Positions 46,705 through 58,239 of a DNA stretch of 64,000 bases are shown here, one piece after another (the stretch's first letter is position 1; every line of letters begins with the position of its first letter). The stretch is from Dehalococcoidia bacterium (GTDB lineage: Bacteria; Chloroflexota; Dehalococcoidia; Lucifugimonadales; UBA3495). The notes below the pieces were generated by a model that was not told the origin of the DNA, made no database searches, and worked only from the letters and a program-made list of their open reading frames with translations. The stretch spans positions 1,005,608 to 1,069,607 of the forward strand of contig CBDCVB010000002.1 in assembly GCA_965222895.1 (NCBI GenBank), given 5' to 3'. The position numbers and the translations under genes are program-made.

Positions 46705-47544
46705 CTACGCCGGCAACGGGTTGCCGCCCGTTTCCCAGGTTAGCAGCACTTCGCGCGCTGACGTGAGCCACCTCGGAGACAGCCCGGCCGAGTCTCGCTG
46801 GAATAGCAGGTCAAATTTGGTTTCGATTAGATTACGGGCGTCTTCGTCGTCAGTGTCCAGCGCCGACAACGCAAACGCCAGCGCATCATCATGCGAAAGC
46901 CCGCCCAAAGCTTCGGGATACCACCACGGCAAGTCCGGAAGTGGTCGAATATCCGGCAGAATTCCCAGCTCCCACAACACCGGCGCCAACTGCGGCAGCC
47001 CGGGTAACGGCACGGGAGCCTTGCCGTGCAACGCGCGAAACAACCCACCGTGCATATCCCCGGGTGTCGGGTGCCACACGGTAATCATCACCCGACGGGC
47101 GGCGCTGTTGTGCAACTTGGCGATGAACGGCGCAATGTCCCGCACGAAGTAGGTTACGTCCGACAATGTGATAACGTCGCCGGTGGCCGCTGATTCCATC
47201 CACCAGTCACCGCTGGCCTGGGCATTAGTGATGCCGGCCTCATCTCTAGCCGCGATGAATTGGGCCCGCATCCCATCGGAGGGTTCCACCAATTCCACGT
47301 GGGAGACGCGTGATGCCAAAGCCAGCGACACTCGGCCGGCTCCCCCGCCGACATCCACCAAGCGGTCGGTTTCCCGCACGTACTCGGACAGCGCCGCCAG
47401 GTTCCCTTCCAACGGACGGAGCGGATCCAGACGAAACAGCTCGGCCATTTCACCCCATGGATCACCGGGCCCACTTACGCCGGACAGCCATTCTCGTGCC
47501 ATGGCAGCATCGTAGACAGCCGCGTAAAGGTCAACGGCGTTCAT
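46705..47544 (-). CDS. class I SAM-dependent methyltransferase
   Basis: Motif I is LVDVGGGAGRVSLAL. 279 aa. Confidence 0.75.
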   Translation of the reverse strand: MNAVDLYAAVYDAAMAREWLSGVSGPGDPWGEMAELFRLDPLRPLEGNLAALSEYVRETDRLVDVGGGAGRVSLALASRVSHVELVEPSDGMRAQFIAARDEAGITNAQASGDWWMESAATGDVITLSDVTYFVRDIAPFIAKLHNSAARRVMITVWHPTPGDMHGGLFRALHGKAPVPLPGLPQLAPVLWELGILPDIRPLPDLPWWYPEALGGLSHDDALAFALSALDTDDEDARNLIETKFDLLFQRDSAGLSPRWLTSAREVLLTWETGGNPLPA

Positions 47545-47581
47545 AGAAATCCTCGAGGGTTCCGCACTACCAGGTACGGCA

Positions 47582-48553
47582 TTACGGAGTGAGAATTACC
47601 TTGCCCCTAGTTCCGCGAGATGCCAGGTGCTGGTGTGCGTTACCCGCTTCGCCCATCGGTAGCACACGGTCAACGACCAGCTTCAACCGGCCATCTGTAA
47701 TCATGGGGCCCAATTCCTGCATCGCTCCCTGGTGGTCCAGCGAACCGATGGGAGAGCGACCCATACTGAATCCAATGACGGAGCGATTCAACGTGGTGAT
47801 GTCGGCGGCGGAGAGACTGGCCAGTTGCCCGCTGGCGTTACCGTAACTGACCAACCGACCGTAGGACGCAACACATCGCACCGATTTTTCCAGGACTGCC
47901 CCACCGACGCATTCCAGCACCAACGGCACACCGCGTCCGTCGGTCAGGGATTTTATCTCGTCCTCAAAATCTACTTCCGTGTAGTTGATGGTTTCGTCGG
48001 CTCCCAACGACCGGCACAACTCCAGCTTGTCTGCGGTGGACGCAGTAACCACAACCCGCGCGCCCCACTCTTTTGCCAGCTGAATGGCGATGGTTCCCAC
48101 ACCCGACGCGCCGGCCTGGATGAGCACCGTGTCGCCCGGCTGCATCGCCCCTCGCGTTTTCAACAAGTGATATGAAGTCAGGAACGTGATGGGCATTCCG
48201 CCAGCGTGTATGGGGTCGATACCGTCGGGATACGGAAAAACGAAGTTGGAATTTACCGCCACGTACTCCGCTTGACCCTGCGGCCCCATGGCCATCACGC
48301 GCTGGCCAACCGACAACCGCCCGTCGGTCACGTCAGACCCAAGTGCGGCGACGGTGCCGGCTGCTTCCAGACCCAACGTGGCCGGCAGATCCGGGCCCGG
48401 ATAGTTCCCCTGGCGACGCATGATGTCAGCATAGTTGACGCCTGCCGAATCGACCTTGATTAACACTTGATGCGCGCTGGGATGCGGCTCGGGCACGTCT
48501 TTCCATTGCAACACGTCCACGCCGCCGTATTCTTCGATGCGCAAGGCTTTCAT
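47582..48553 (-). CDS. NADPH:quinone oxidoreductase (zeta-crystallin/MDR family)
   Basis: GVNYADIMRRQGNYP, GLEAAGTV and IQAGASGVGTIAIQLAK. Confidence 0.85.
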   Translation of the reverse strand: MKALRIEEYGGVDVLQWKDVPEPHPSAHQVLIKVDSAGVNYADIMRRQGNYPGPDLPATLGLEAAGTVAALGSDVTDGRLSVGQRVMAMGPQGQAEYVAVNSNFVFPYPDGIDPIHAGGMPITFLTSYHLLKTRGAMQPGDTVLIQAGASGVGTIAIQLAKEWGARVVVTASTADKLELCRSLGADETINYTEVDFEDEIKSLTDGRGVPLVLECVGGAVLEKSVRCVASYGRLVSYGNASGQLASLSAADITTLNRSVIGFSMGRSPIGSLDHQGAMQELGPMITDGRLKLVVDRVLPMGEAGNAHQHLASRGTRGKVILTP

Positions 48554-48620
48554 TGCGAGTTTCTCCTGCTACTTTATGAGGGATTGTTTAGATGCGAGAT
48601 GGTTTAGTATGAGAGTTTGT

Positions 48621-49610
48621 TTAGGCGGGACCACGCAGGTTGCCGGCTTCCATCACCTCCGGATTAATCACGCGCACCGCCTCGCCAGCGGCAAAGGCCC
48701 GAATATTCTCAACCACACCGGCGTAGAACGCACGGTAGCCGTCATCTGTAACGTAGCCAACGTGCGGTGTAATCAGGGTGTTGTCCAGTGTCAGGAAGGG
48801 ATGATTGACCGGCAACGGTTCAACATCGAATGTATCCAGCGCCGCGCCGCCAATCGCCCGCCGTTCCAGCGCGCTGACCAGCGCCGGTTCGTCCACGATT
48901 GGCCCCCGGGAGATGTTGACCAAAATGGCCGACGGTTTCATCAGGCCGATCTCGTGGGCGCCAACCAAGCCCCGGGTGCGGTCGCTGAGGCGCACGTGCA
49001 CCGACACCACGTCACCTTCGGAGAAAAGTGTGTCTTTATCTACCAGAGTGGCTCCGCATTCAGCAGCGCGTTCTGCCGTCAGATTCTGGCTCCAGGCGAT
49101 GATGCGCATATCGAACGCTACACCCACGCGCGCCACCAGCGAGCCGATGTGCCCCAGTCCCAGCAACCCCAGCGTCTTGCCCTTCAGTCCGGCGCCGACG
49201 TATGCTCCCCACTTGCCTTCAGCGCGGGTGGTTCGATCCTCTTCGGCGATGCGGCGCAGCAGCCCAATAATCAGGCCCCAGGTTAGCTCCGTTGGCCCTT
49301 CACCAGCGCCTTGCGTTCCGCACACGGTGATGCCGAACTCGGTGGCCGCATCAATATCAAACGACGCATTTCTGGCGCCGGTCGTAATCAGGCAACGCAG
49401 GTTGGGCAGCCGGGCCAGGAGGGAGCGGGGAAACGCCGTTCGTTCACGCATCCCCATCACAATGTCAAAGCCGGCCAACCGCTCCGCCAGCGTATTCTCA
49501 TCGCTCAAATGGTCGGCAAAGAAGGACACTTCTATACCCGACGGCAGCGACGACCAGTCGGCCATTTCAGCGGCCACGCTTTGGTAATCATCAAGAATGG
49601 CTACTTTCAT
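48621..49610 (-). CDS. D-isomer-specific 2-hydroxyacid dehydrogenase
   Basis: MKVAILDD..., GKTLGLLGLGHIGSLVA, NISRGPIVDE and ITPHVGY. Start chosen at 49610. Confidence 0.85.
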   Translation of the reverse strand: MKVAILDDYQSVAAEMADWSSLPSGIEVSFFADHLSDENTLAERLAGFDIVMGMRERTAFPRSLLARLPNLRCLITTGARNASFDIDAATEFGITVCGTQGAGEGPTELTWGLIIGLLRRIAEEDRTTRAEGKWGAYVGAGLKGKTLGLLGLGHIGSLVARVGVAFDMRIIAWSQNLTAERAAECGATLVDKDTLFSEGDVVSVHVRLSDRTRGLVGAHEIGLMKPSAILVNISRGPIVDEPALVSALERRAIGGAALDTFDVEPLPVNHPFLTLDNTLITPHVGYVTDDGYRAFYAGVVENIRAFAAGEAVRVINPEVMEAGNLRGPA

Positions 49611-49743
49611 ATCAGACCAATCCTTAGGGCGAGACGAATCGGCGCGTGCTGTGCTGCCGTAACGCGCCACCGCAGGAAGTAAAGCACAGGCCCACCGGGC
49701 GGTCAAGAAAATACCCGCCTCGCAGTTACTCGACCCGCGTCGC

Positions 49744-49908
49744 TCACGCGTACCCGCTTTTGTCATTGCGAGCGCAGCGTGGCAATCTCGTTCCAGTGGC
49801 GATGGTAGTTCGCCGACGTGTGCTCAACCTCATCAAGATTGCCGCGTCGCTACGCTCTTCGCAATGACAGTAGGCCAGTTGGGTTTGACAAAGTGAGTAC
49901 GCGTAAGG
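49744..49908. repeat. full-length single copy of the palindromic repeat family (outer and inner arms)
   Basis: TCACGCGTACCCGCTTTTGTCATTGCGAGCGCAGCGTGGCAATCTCG ... AGATTGCCGCGTCGCTACGCTCTTCGCAATGACAG ... TGACAAAGTGAGTACGCGTAAGG. Confidence 0.85.
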
Positions 49909-50082
49909 ATTCACACGGACAGCGAATTCGCTGCTCTACTCGGTGGCAATCGACCGATTTCAAAAATGGCGGAAATTGGATTAGTTTTATAATTGACATA
50001 AAAATTATCGTTTCGCTACGCTTATGTAAATTTAGTAACGTCACACGAACCGCAACACGGTTCAGGTTATGGAAACAGTGAC

Positions 50083-51105
50083 ATGATCGGTTGGTGCGGA
50101 TACCGTGGAGGAGTCAACGTCGTAGTGGCGGTTCTGGTGGTTGGGGCTTTGCTGGCGATTGGAGTTCCAACCCATACCGCCGACAGCTTCCACGTTGATC
50201 CGTCGGCAGTCATCGGGTTTGAACTCTCGCAACCTTCCTCTGGATTCGCCGCCGCCGCCAACAGCGATGACACCGGTTTTCCGGAACAAGACGCGGGATT
50301 TTCAGCATACTACCAGGTCCCTGCCCCCGCAGATTCAACCGGCAACGCTACCACGTCGCCACGGCTCGACGTGATAGCAACTGCAATAGCGCTGGAGACG
50401 CCGCCGGCAGCGGAGGATCCAGTACGGGACGGCGCGGGAACCGTCGTCGATTTGGGCAGCAATTTCGCCATAGTAACGTTGCCGCTGCGCCCCGCACTCG
50501 ACCAACGGTTGCCTCCCACCAACGTGAATGTTTATTTCGACGATCAGGGATGGGTGGTAGCATACCTGCCGGCCGGACATCCGGCGGCGGCCATCTGGCG
50601 GTACAGTTCAGCGCACGCTGACAACGATGATGAATATGATTCCAACGCAGACCTAGCAAACAATCTCCTCGTCCTCGCCATCAACGCGACCTTGACCGCC
50701 GCTAAGGCAGACATCCCTAAAGTCACTTACTCCATGGTCGGTTACTACGATTGGCAAAATCCTGATTGTGATGCCTACGTGCTGTTCAGCAACACGGCTA
50801 AAGGGCGCGAATCCAATCCGGTGGGGTTCCTGGTCCCTTCCACCATCAAGGACTTGCACGCTTCGGGGGCGGTGCTAATCACCAGCCATACCGAGGGTGG
50901 CAGCGCCAGTTCCGCGGAGTTGCGAGTTGACGGGGAGGTAGAAGCAACCGCGCAAGCTGAGAAAACAATCCTGGCAACCACCAAATTCGACCTGAATCGC
51001 CCTGACGCCGTAGTGAGTCAGCATCAGATGTCGATCATAGTTACGGAAGAAAATATGACTGCGGCCGGCGTCGTAATGCTGCTGTATAACAAGCCCGGAT
51101 CCTGA
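50083..51105 (+). CDS. secreted or membrane-anchored hypothetical protein upstream of the giant CARDB gene
   Basis: 340 aa with an N-terminal hydrophobic segment VNVVVAVLVVGALLAIGV. There is a 27-nt gap to the next gene. Confidence 0.55.
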   Translation: MIGWCGYRGGVNVVVAVLVVGALLAIGVPTHTADSFHVDPSAVIGFELSQPSSGFAAAANSDDTGFPEQDAGFSAYYQVPAPADSTGNATTSPRLDVIATAIALETPPAAEDPVRDGAGTVVDLGSNFAIVTLPLRPALDQRLPPTNVNVYFDDQGWVVAYLPAGHPAAAIWRYSSAHADNDDEYDSNADLANNLLVLAINATLTAAKADIPKVTYSMVGYYDWQNPDCDAYVLFSNTAKGRESNPVGFLVPSTIKDLHASGAVLITSHTEGGSASSAELRVDGEVEATAQAEKTILATTKFDLNRPDAVVSQHQMSIIVTEENMTAAGVVMLLYNKPGS

Positions 51106-54100
51106 TTCCGACACTATACGGCGACAAATACCATGACCGCATTGGCTCTCCGATCGGCCAAACTGCAGGTATTAATCGCAGTTGCCGGTATAGCAGTCGC
51201 CAGCATCGTGGTTGCCGATTACTACGCGCTGGCTCCAGTAGCATCGGGGTCGAATGAACCTGTGCAACACGAACATCGCACACACGAGATGGTTGCTGCC
51301 CAAGATGACTGTATCGACGATGTGAGCATTGCGAACTGGGGCCCAATCGATTCGAGTTTCCAAGGTGTTAAAGACCCGCCGGACTATTCAGGCGATGACG
51401 AAATCTGGATTTACTACGACCTCGAAAACTACAGCTGCCAGGAAGTCGAAGTTATGGTGGAAGTTCGGGGTTCGCAGACCGGGGCTATTATCCGCAACTC
51501 GGACGACACTCTGGCGGATTGCGTGTCAGGATGCGAAGTTCCGGCTCGGAACAACAACGGAGCAGGCTATTACGGCGGCAGCATGAAGTGGGACTTGGCT
51601 AATCATTCCGCAGTTAATGGAGAGTACGTAGTTATCACGGTAACGATTACCGGGCCGGCTGATTTCACCGATTCGGATTTGTCGAACAACACCAGGACAT
51701 CAGAAGATTTCATCAATGTCATGTCTGATGAGCCGGCTGTCCCCGAGGTGGACGTTGCCCTCACCGTGGTAACCCTTTCGCATACAAATGCTCCCATCGG
51801 AACGACCATAGAATTCTCGGCAACGGTGGCCAACAATGGCACAGCAGCCGTTGCGCCAACCCTGGCGCTATTCACTGCTGATGGCGATACTGCGGTGGCT
51901 TCGATCAACATTGATGCGATTGAGCCCGGCAAACCCCGCTCTGTCGATTTGCGCTGGGACACCACCGGGGCAGTGGCCGGAATCTTCAAACCGCGTGTAG
52001 TCCTAACCGCAGCCGATGATGCCTCGGCTGATGACAACGAATGGTCGGCATCCATCACGCTGCGCAATGCAATTGTCGATGTGAGGCTGGAGTCAGTTGC
52101 CCCAACCGCAGTCACGGCGCCGGCGGGAGAATCGGTTGGATTCGCCGTTACCGCTTCCAACCGCGGCGATTTTGCTGCTGTCCCGATGGTTGAGTTGTAC
52201 ATCGAAGATGGACTGGTTCCGGTAGTTTCTGTTCCCATGGCATCAATTGCACCGGGCAATGAGGGAACAGTGAAACTGACCTGGGACACCACAGCAATGG
52301 CGGCCGGCGCCTACCAACTCATGGTCTCGGTCAGGCCGGATGCGGCCACTGCGGAGCCAACGGACAGCCTGCACGTGGCCGCGGTCTTATACGACCCCGT
52401 GGATGTGGCCGTGACATCTGCGGTAGTGGCGAACCCGCCGGCCATCGCGGGTAAATCGGTAACCGTCCGGGCGACGGTGGAGAACCTCAGCGAAAACGAC
52501 GCCGAGAATATTGCCGTGGCGATGACAATTCGAGGTGAAACAGAGCCGGCAGAAACCCGAATCATTGCGTCGCTGCCCGCCGGAAACTCGACTGTGCTGG
52601 ACCTGGTTTGGGATACCACCGGTCGCGTCCCAGCCCAATATGATCCGCGGGTGGTAGCCACCACGAAATGGGACACTGACGATTCAAACGACAGTCGGTC
52701 TGTCAGCATCATCCTGCGCAACTGGGCAACGATGACCGAGGCCAGCACCCGCAACGCAACCGGCGTCATTGGCGACACCATCCAGCTATTCGCTCACGTG
52801 CTGAATCACGGGCCATCTGCCCTGAAAAATCTGACCGTCGGTCTGTATAAGTCCGACGGCACTGCGCTGGCGACCACCACCGTATCAAGCATCGACGCCG
52901 GCGACACGGAAGTTGCAACCCTGAACTGGGACACCACCGGGCAAGATGCAGGAATCCACCAGGAGCTGCAAGTATCGGTCGATTCGCCGGATTTTTCCAG
53001 TGATGTTGACGACACCACTCTGGTAACCGTGGCGTTGAACAACGAGATTGCCCTGAGCAACGTGTGGCAATCCCCCGACGATGCCGTGATTGGCCGGTCG
53101 GTGGCGGTCGTCGCTGAACTGGTCAATCAAAGCAACCATGCGGTGGCCCTGACGACGGTTCTATTACTTGGGTACGAATTCGATGTGATTGCGAAATCCT
53201 ATAACGAGATTGAGATTACCACCGCAACGGTTGCAAACCTGGCGTCCGGCGCATCGCAGCAGGTATCGCTGGGTTGGGACAGCTCGGGGAGCACTGCCGG
53301 GACTCACCGGTTTCGCGTGAAGGTAGTGGTGCCCGAGCGCGGCGGCGACGCAAACGATGAACGGCCCATCACCGTAACCCTGCGCCACCCGGTGGTTGAT
53401 GTTGCCCTGACCCGTGCCCAATCTTCCCACAACATCGCCGTCATCGGGCAGAGCATTACCATCGCGGCCACGGTCGCCAACAATGGTGAAGCCCCGCGGT
53501 CCGTGCCGGTGTCGCTATTCGTTGATCCCCCCACAAAGCCAGGCAGCACGCCCACGCCCACCCCCAGGGTCGTTATCAACACTCCGGTCATCCAACCCGG
53601 CGTCAGCGAAACCGTTGACCTGATTTGGGACACCGCTGGGCTGAATGGGATCGGCGAATATCCTCTGAAGGTAGTGGTCGAGGTTCCCGGAGACGTTAGC
53701 GACGACAACAACGAAATAACTCTCGTTGCCGAGCTGATTCACTCCGCTTTTCAGCCGGACAGTTCCGTCCGTGAGTGCGTTGACGATGTGGGCGTTGAGT
53801 TGGCCGGCATTCACGACCATGTAGATGTGATGCATCTCAACACTCCGCCCATCTATTTGCGCGAGGATACGCTCGTCATTGCTTACCGAATCTTCAACTA
53901 CAGTTGCGATAAGGACGTTACTGCCGGGCTAACCCTCACCGGATCGGTGAGCGAAACTGCAATTAATGACCGGATTGACCCGTGCCTATCGGGGTGCCCC
54001 ATACCGGCGGGCGGTATGGTCAACCGTTTCGTCAGGTGGCAGCTTCTCGACCATCCGGTGGTAATAGGGGAGATAGTCAATGCACAGGTTTCGGTAATAT

Positions 54101-56783
54101 CGCCAGCAGGGTTTGCAGAATCCGACGCAACGAACAACGCCCATTCGTCCAGCGAGGCAATCACCGTCGGGGACTTGTCGGACGTTCACGTGCAATTCAG
54201 TAAGAATGACGCGCGCCGTGCCCGTGTTGCCGGCGCATTGCTGCTTGCAGCGTTCGACCCGGATTACCCCGCAACTTCTCCAGCGGACCAGGGCGCTCAA
54301 ATCGCCGGTTTCGTGGTTGTCCCTGGCGATTTGGTGATTGGATCGTCCGTCATAATTCACGCCTACGTGTTGAATCGGGGCGACGTTGCAACCGCGATAC
54401 CGGTGGCTCTGCACGTTGACGACGATAGCGCCCCCGTTTACGAAGGACGAACCGGAACTCTGGGGCCAGGCGAATTCCAGCGATTGAAACTCTGGTGGCC
54501 CATACCGGCGGACCTGGCCGTCGGAAGCCACCAGTTGACGGTGTCGGTGCCTGATCCCGACTTGGCGGCTGCCACCGGCGCCAAGAAGAGCAAAACCGTG
54601 GTGGTGCGGCAACCGGAGCTCGAGGTCAATATCGTGGACGTATCTGCTCCGGTGCAGGCATTGGCTGGCGATAACATCACGGTAAACGTGGCAGTACGGA
54701 ACACTGGTCAAACCGGCCTCAAGGTGCAGGTGGAGTTGTTCGTTGCCGCCGGCAATGCTCCGGTCAATAAGGTAACGACGGAGCCGATTGAACCCGGCGC
54801 AACCGGCACGGCAACATTGGTGTGGGACAGCCCGATTGGTGTGCCAGCGGGAGCATATCTGCTGCGAGTGCGCGCCGGCGGCAGTGAACGGTCGCAGACC
54901 ATTACCCTGCGCCAACCCACCACCGCCATATTGGCCACCGGCATCACCGCATCGCCAACCGTTATCATCCTGGGTCAACAGGATCAGGTTGCAGTGAGCG
55001 CCAAATTGAAAAATGCCGGCGAGGCCGTTGTTGACGTTGTGGCAACTCTCAGTTTAGACGGCGTACAGGTTCCGGGCGCAACGGTCTCCTCAATGCGCGT
55101 ATTGCCCGGCAAAACCCGTGACATCACCCTGACGTGGCACATCCCTCCCAATGCGGAGTTGCGCACCTACGACCTGCAAGTCGTGGCTTCCGTGCCGGAC
55201 GTTCCTGATGCCGTGGCTACGTTCGACATCATCGCCGTAACGGTTCGCGAGCCATACACGGACGCGGAACTTCTCTCAGCAGTAGCAACGCCATCCCCGG
55301 CCTATGTTGGTGAACCTGTATCGGTTGATGTTACTGTCCTCAATCCCGAAAACAGCGCTTCCAATATCCTGTTATCGCTTGAATTCCCCGGGGAATCTCG
55401 ACAGGACGAGCGTTGGAACCCGCGCGTCCGCCCACACCAATCAGTCTCACGCCGGATTGAATGGCGCACGGGCGACCTGGCTCCGGGTACGTACACCTTC
55501 CGCGCTGCGGCGGAAATCGCTGGCCGCACCATCACTGCGGCCACAAATATCACGTTGCAAGTGGACGCCGAGATACTCTCCATAACATCCAATCCCGCCG
55601 CTACCGCGATGCAAGGGCAGCCGGTCACAATTCTGGTTCAAGTTCGCAACAACGGCAGAGCCGCTATCAATGTGCCGGTCGAACTCAATTTTCCATCCCC
55701 AGACAAAACGCCCGAACGACGGTCGCCGCGCGTTGATGCCGGGGGACAGGCAACGGCGGCCTTCGTGTGGAAGACCGGCAATTATCCGGTCGGTGTACAT
55801 ACGTTACGGGCTGAATTGGTCGCTGCGGACAACCATACCGCCGGGAAAACCACCGCGGACGTGCAAGTTGAACTGACGGCTGCGCCCCTGGTAGCCACAA
55901 TCACCAGCGTCCGGTCAACTCCGGATGCGCCAATGGTGGGAACCCCGGTCGAAATCATGGTTGCTGTCCGCAACGATGGGCCGGTGGCCGTGTACGTTCC
56001 CGTTACCCTGCACTACCCGTCTGCCGACAAGCAGCCGGCAACGCGTCGCCCACGCGTCGCCTCCGGTGAAACCACGATTGCGACGTTCAAGTGGCTTACC
56101 GGCAACCACCGGCCCGGCACTCATTCTTTCCGAGTGATGATAGGCAGTGATGAAAGCGCTGAGCGGGTTTTTGAGTTAACGCTGCTGTCCCCGCCGGTGG
56201 ACGCTGAGATACTCTCCATAACGTCCAATCCCGCCGATACCGCGATCCAAGGGCAGCCGGTCACAATTCTGGTTCAAGTTCGCAACAACGGCAGCGCCGC
56301 TATCAATGTGCCCGTCGAACTCAGTTTTCCGTCCCCAGACAAAACGCCCGAACGACAGTCGCCGCGCGCCGATGCCGGGGGACAGGCAACGGCGGCCTTC
56401 GTGTGGAAGACCGGCAATTATCCGGTTGGCACACATATGTTACAGGCTGCATTGGTCGGTGCGGACAACCATACCGCCGGGAAAACCACCGCTGACGTGC
56501 AAATCGAACTGACGGCTGCACCCTTGACGGCCACAATTACGAACGTCCGGTCAACTCCAGCTGCGCCAATGGTGGGAACCCCGGTTGAAATCATGGTTGC
56601 CGTCCGCAACGACGGGCCGGTGGCTGTCAACGTTCCGGTTACCCTGCACTACCCGTCTGCCGACAAACTACCGGAAACGCGTCACCCACGCACCGCCCCA
56701 GGTGAATCGGGGTTAGCGACGTTCGAGTGGCGGACCAGTCGTTATGCACCGGGAACCCACTCCTTCAGAGCCGTCATACCCAA

Positions 56784-58239
56784 TCTCGACTTTGTACAAA
56801 AGCTAGATAAATTATAAGAACAGGGTAAGCTCGACCAAATCACCACAAGAGGTCGAGTATGCCTACCCTGCCCGCAGTCATAGTAACCCTGCTGCTGCCC
56901 TTTGAGCACCTGTTTGACCCCAGGACCTGGCGCAAAGCCCAACTCCTGGCCATGGGAGCGATCCTGTCTCCCGGCAAACGCACCGTGTCCTCCGCCCTCA
57001 ACATCCTGGGGATTGGGCAGCACGGCGACTTCGCCGTCTATCACCACGTGCTCAACCGCGCCCGATGGTCGCCACTGCAACTGAGCCGGGCGCTGTTGCT
57101 GCTGGTGGCCGGGCGCCTTGGTTCGTCCACCGAGCCGTTGGTGTTCGGCATTGACGAGACGGTGGAGCGACGCTGGGGCCGGAAGATTGCGGCCAAGGGG
57201 TGGTATCGGGATCCGGTGCGGTCCAAGGACGACCAGGTGGTGATGACCCCCGGATTGCAATGGGTGAGCCTGATGTTGCTGACGCGTATCGGGTGGGCGG
57301 GTCGATACTGGGCGCTGCCGTTTTTGACCGCGCTGGTGGTGTCGGCCCGCTACGACCGGCGCAAAGGCCGCCGGCACAAGACGGTAACCGACTACGCCCA
57401 GCAGATGCTGGTCTGCCTGCGCCGTTGGCTGCCGGAGAGGGACCTGGTGGTGGTGGCCGATGGCGGCTACGCCAAGCGCGAGTTCCTGCGGCATTGCCAG
57501 AGTATGTCAAAGCCGATTGTCGTCGTCACCAAACTGCGCAAGGACGCGTCCCTGTACCAGCCCGCGCCAGCGCGGCGGCCCGGCCAGATCGGGCGGCCCC
57601 GGGTGGTCGGCGCGCGACTGCCCAGTCCCACGGCGGTGCTGGACGATCCCGCTACACAATGGATTCCCTACCGCGCCACCGGTTCCGACGGCAGTACCGC
57701 CATGGTCGAGCTCGCTTCGGGCGTAGCGCTGTGGTACCACGGCGGGCCGCCGCGCCTTCCCATACGTTGGGTCGTCATCAGATACCTGGCGGAGCGCCGC
57801 GGGCCCTATGCTTTACTATGCACCGACACCGAGGCGGAACCCCTGCGGATACTGCAGTGGTATCTGCTGCGGTGGCAGGTCGAGGTGACCTTTGAGGAGC
57901 TGCGGGCTCACCTGGGCATGGAAACCCAGCGCCAGTGGTCGGAACGAGCCATCGCCCGAACCACCCCCGCGCTCTTTGGCCTGTTCAGCGTGGTGACGCT
58001 GGCCGCGGATATCCTGATCGAACAGCGTGGCGCCATGGCGCCGCGCACCGCGGCGTGGTATGACAAAACCAGCCCTTCCTTCGCCGACGCCATCGCCATG
58101 GTCAGACGACACCTCTGGGTGCAGCAGGGAACTTTTATGCCGTCCGAGCGCGAGCACGAATCGATAAAAGTCCCGCGCCTCTTGTACCACAGGATGCTCG
58201 ACACGCTAGCCTATGCCGCTTGATTGTACAAAGCCGAGA
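56784..58239 (+). mobile_element. IS4/IS701-like insertion sequence (1456 bp) with 5-bp target duplication CCCAA
   Basis: Inverted repeats are TCTCGACTTTGTACAA (56784-56799) and TTGTACAAAGCCGAGA (58224-58239). CCCAA lies at 56779-56783 and 58240-58244. Confidence 0.85.
56859..58223 (+). CDS. DDE transposase, IS701/IS4-like
   Basis: 454 aa with FGIDETVERRWG, VVVADGGYAK and YLLRWQVEVTFEELR (Y-2-R-3-E-6-R). Confidence 0.8.
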   Translation: MPTLPAVIVTLLLPFEHLFDPRTWRKAQLLAMGAILSPGKRTVSSALNILGIGQHGDFAVYHHVLNRARWSPLQLSRALLLLVAGRLGSSTEPLVFGIDETVERRWGRKIAAKGWYRDPVRSKDDQVVMTPGLQWVSLMLLTRIGWAGRYWALPFLTALVVSARYDRRKGRRHKTVTDYAQQMLVCLRRWLPERDLVVVADGGYAKREFLRHCQSMSKPIVVVTKLRKDASLYQPAPARRPGQIGRPRVVGARLPSPTAVLDDPATQWIPYRATGSDGSTAMVELASGVALWYHGGPPRLPIRWVVIRYLAERRGPYALLCTDTEAEPLRILQWYLLRWQVEVTFEELRAHLGMETQRQWSERAIARTTPALFGLFSVVTLAADILIEQRGAMAPRTAAWYDKTSPSFADAIAMVRRHLWVQQGTFMPSEREHESIKVPRLLYHRMLDTLAYAA

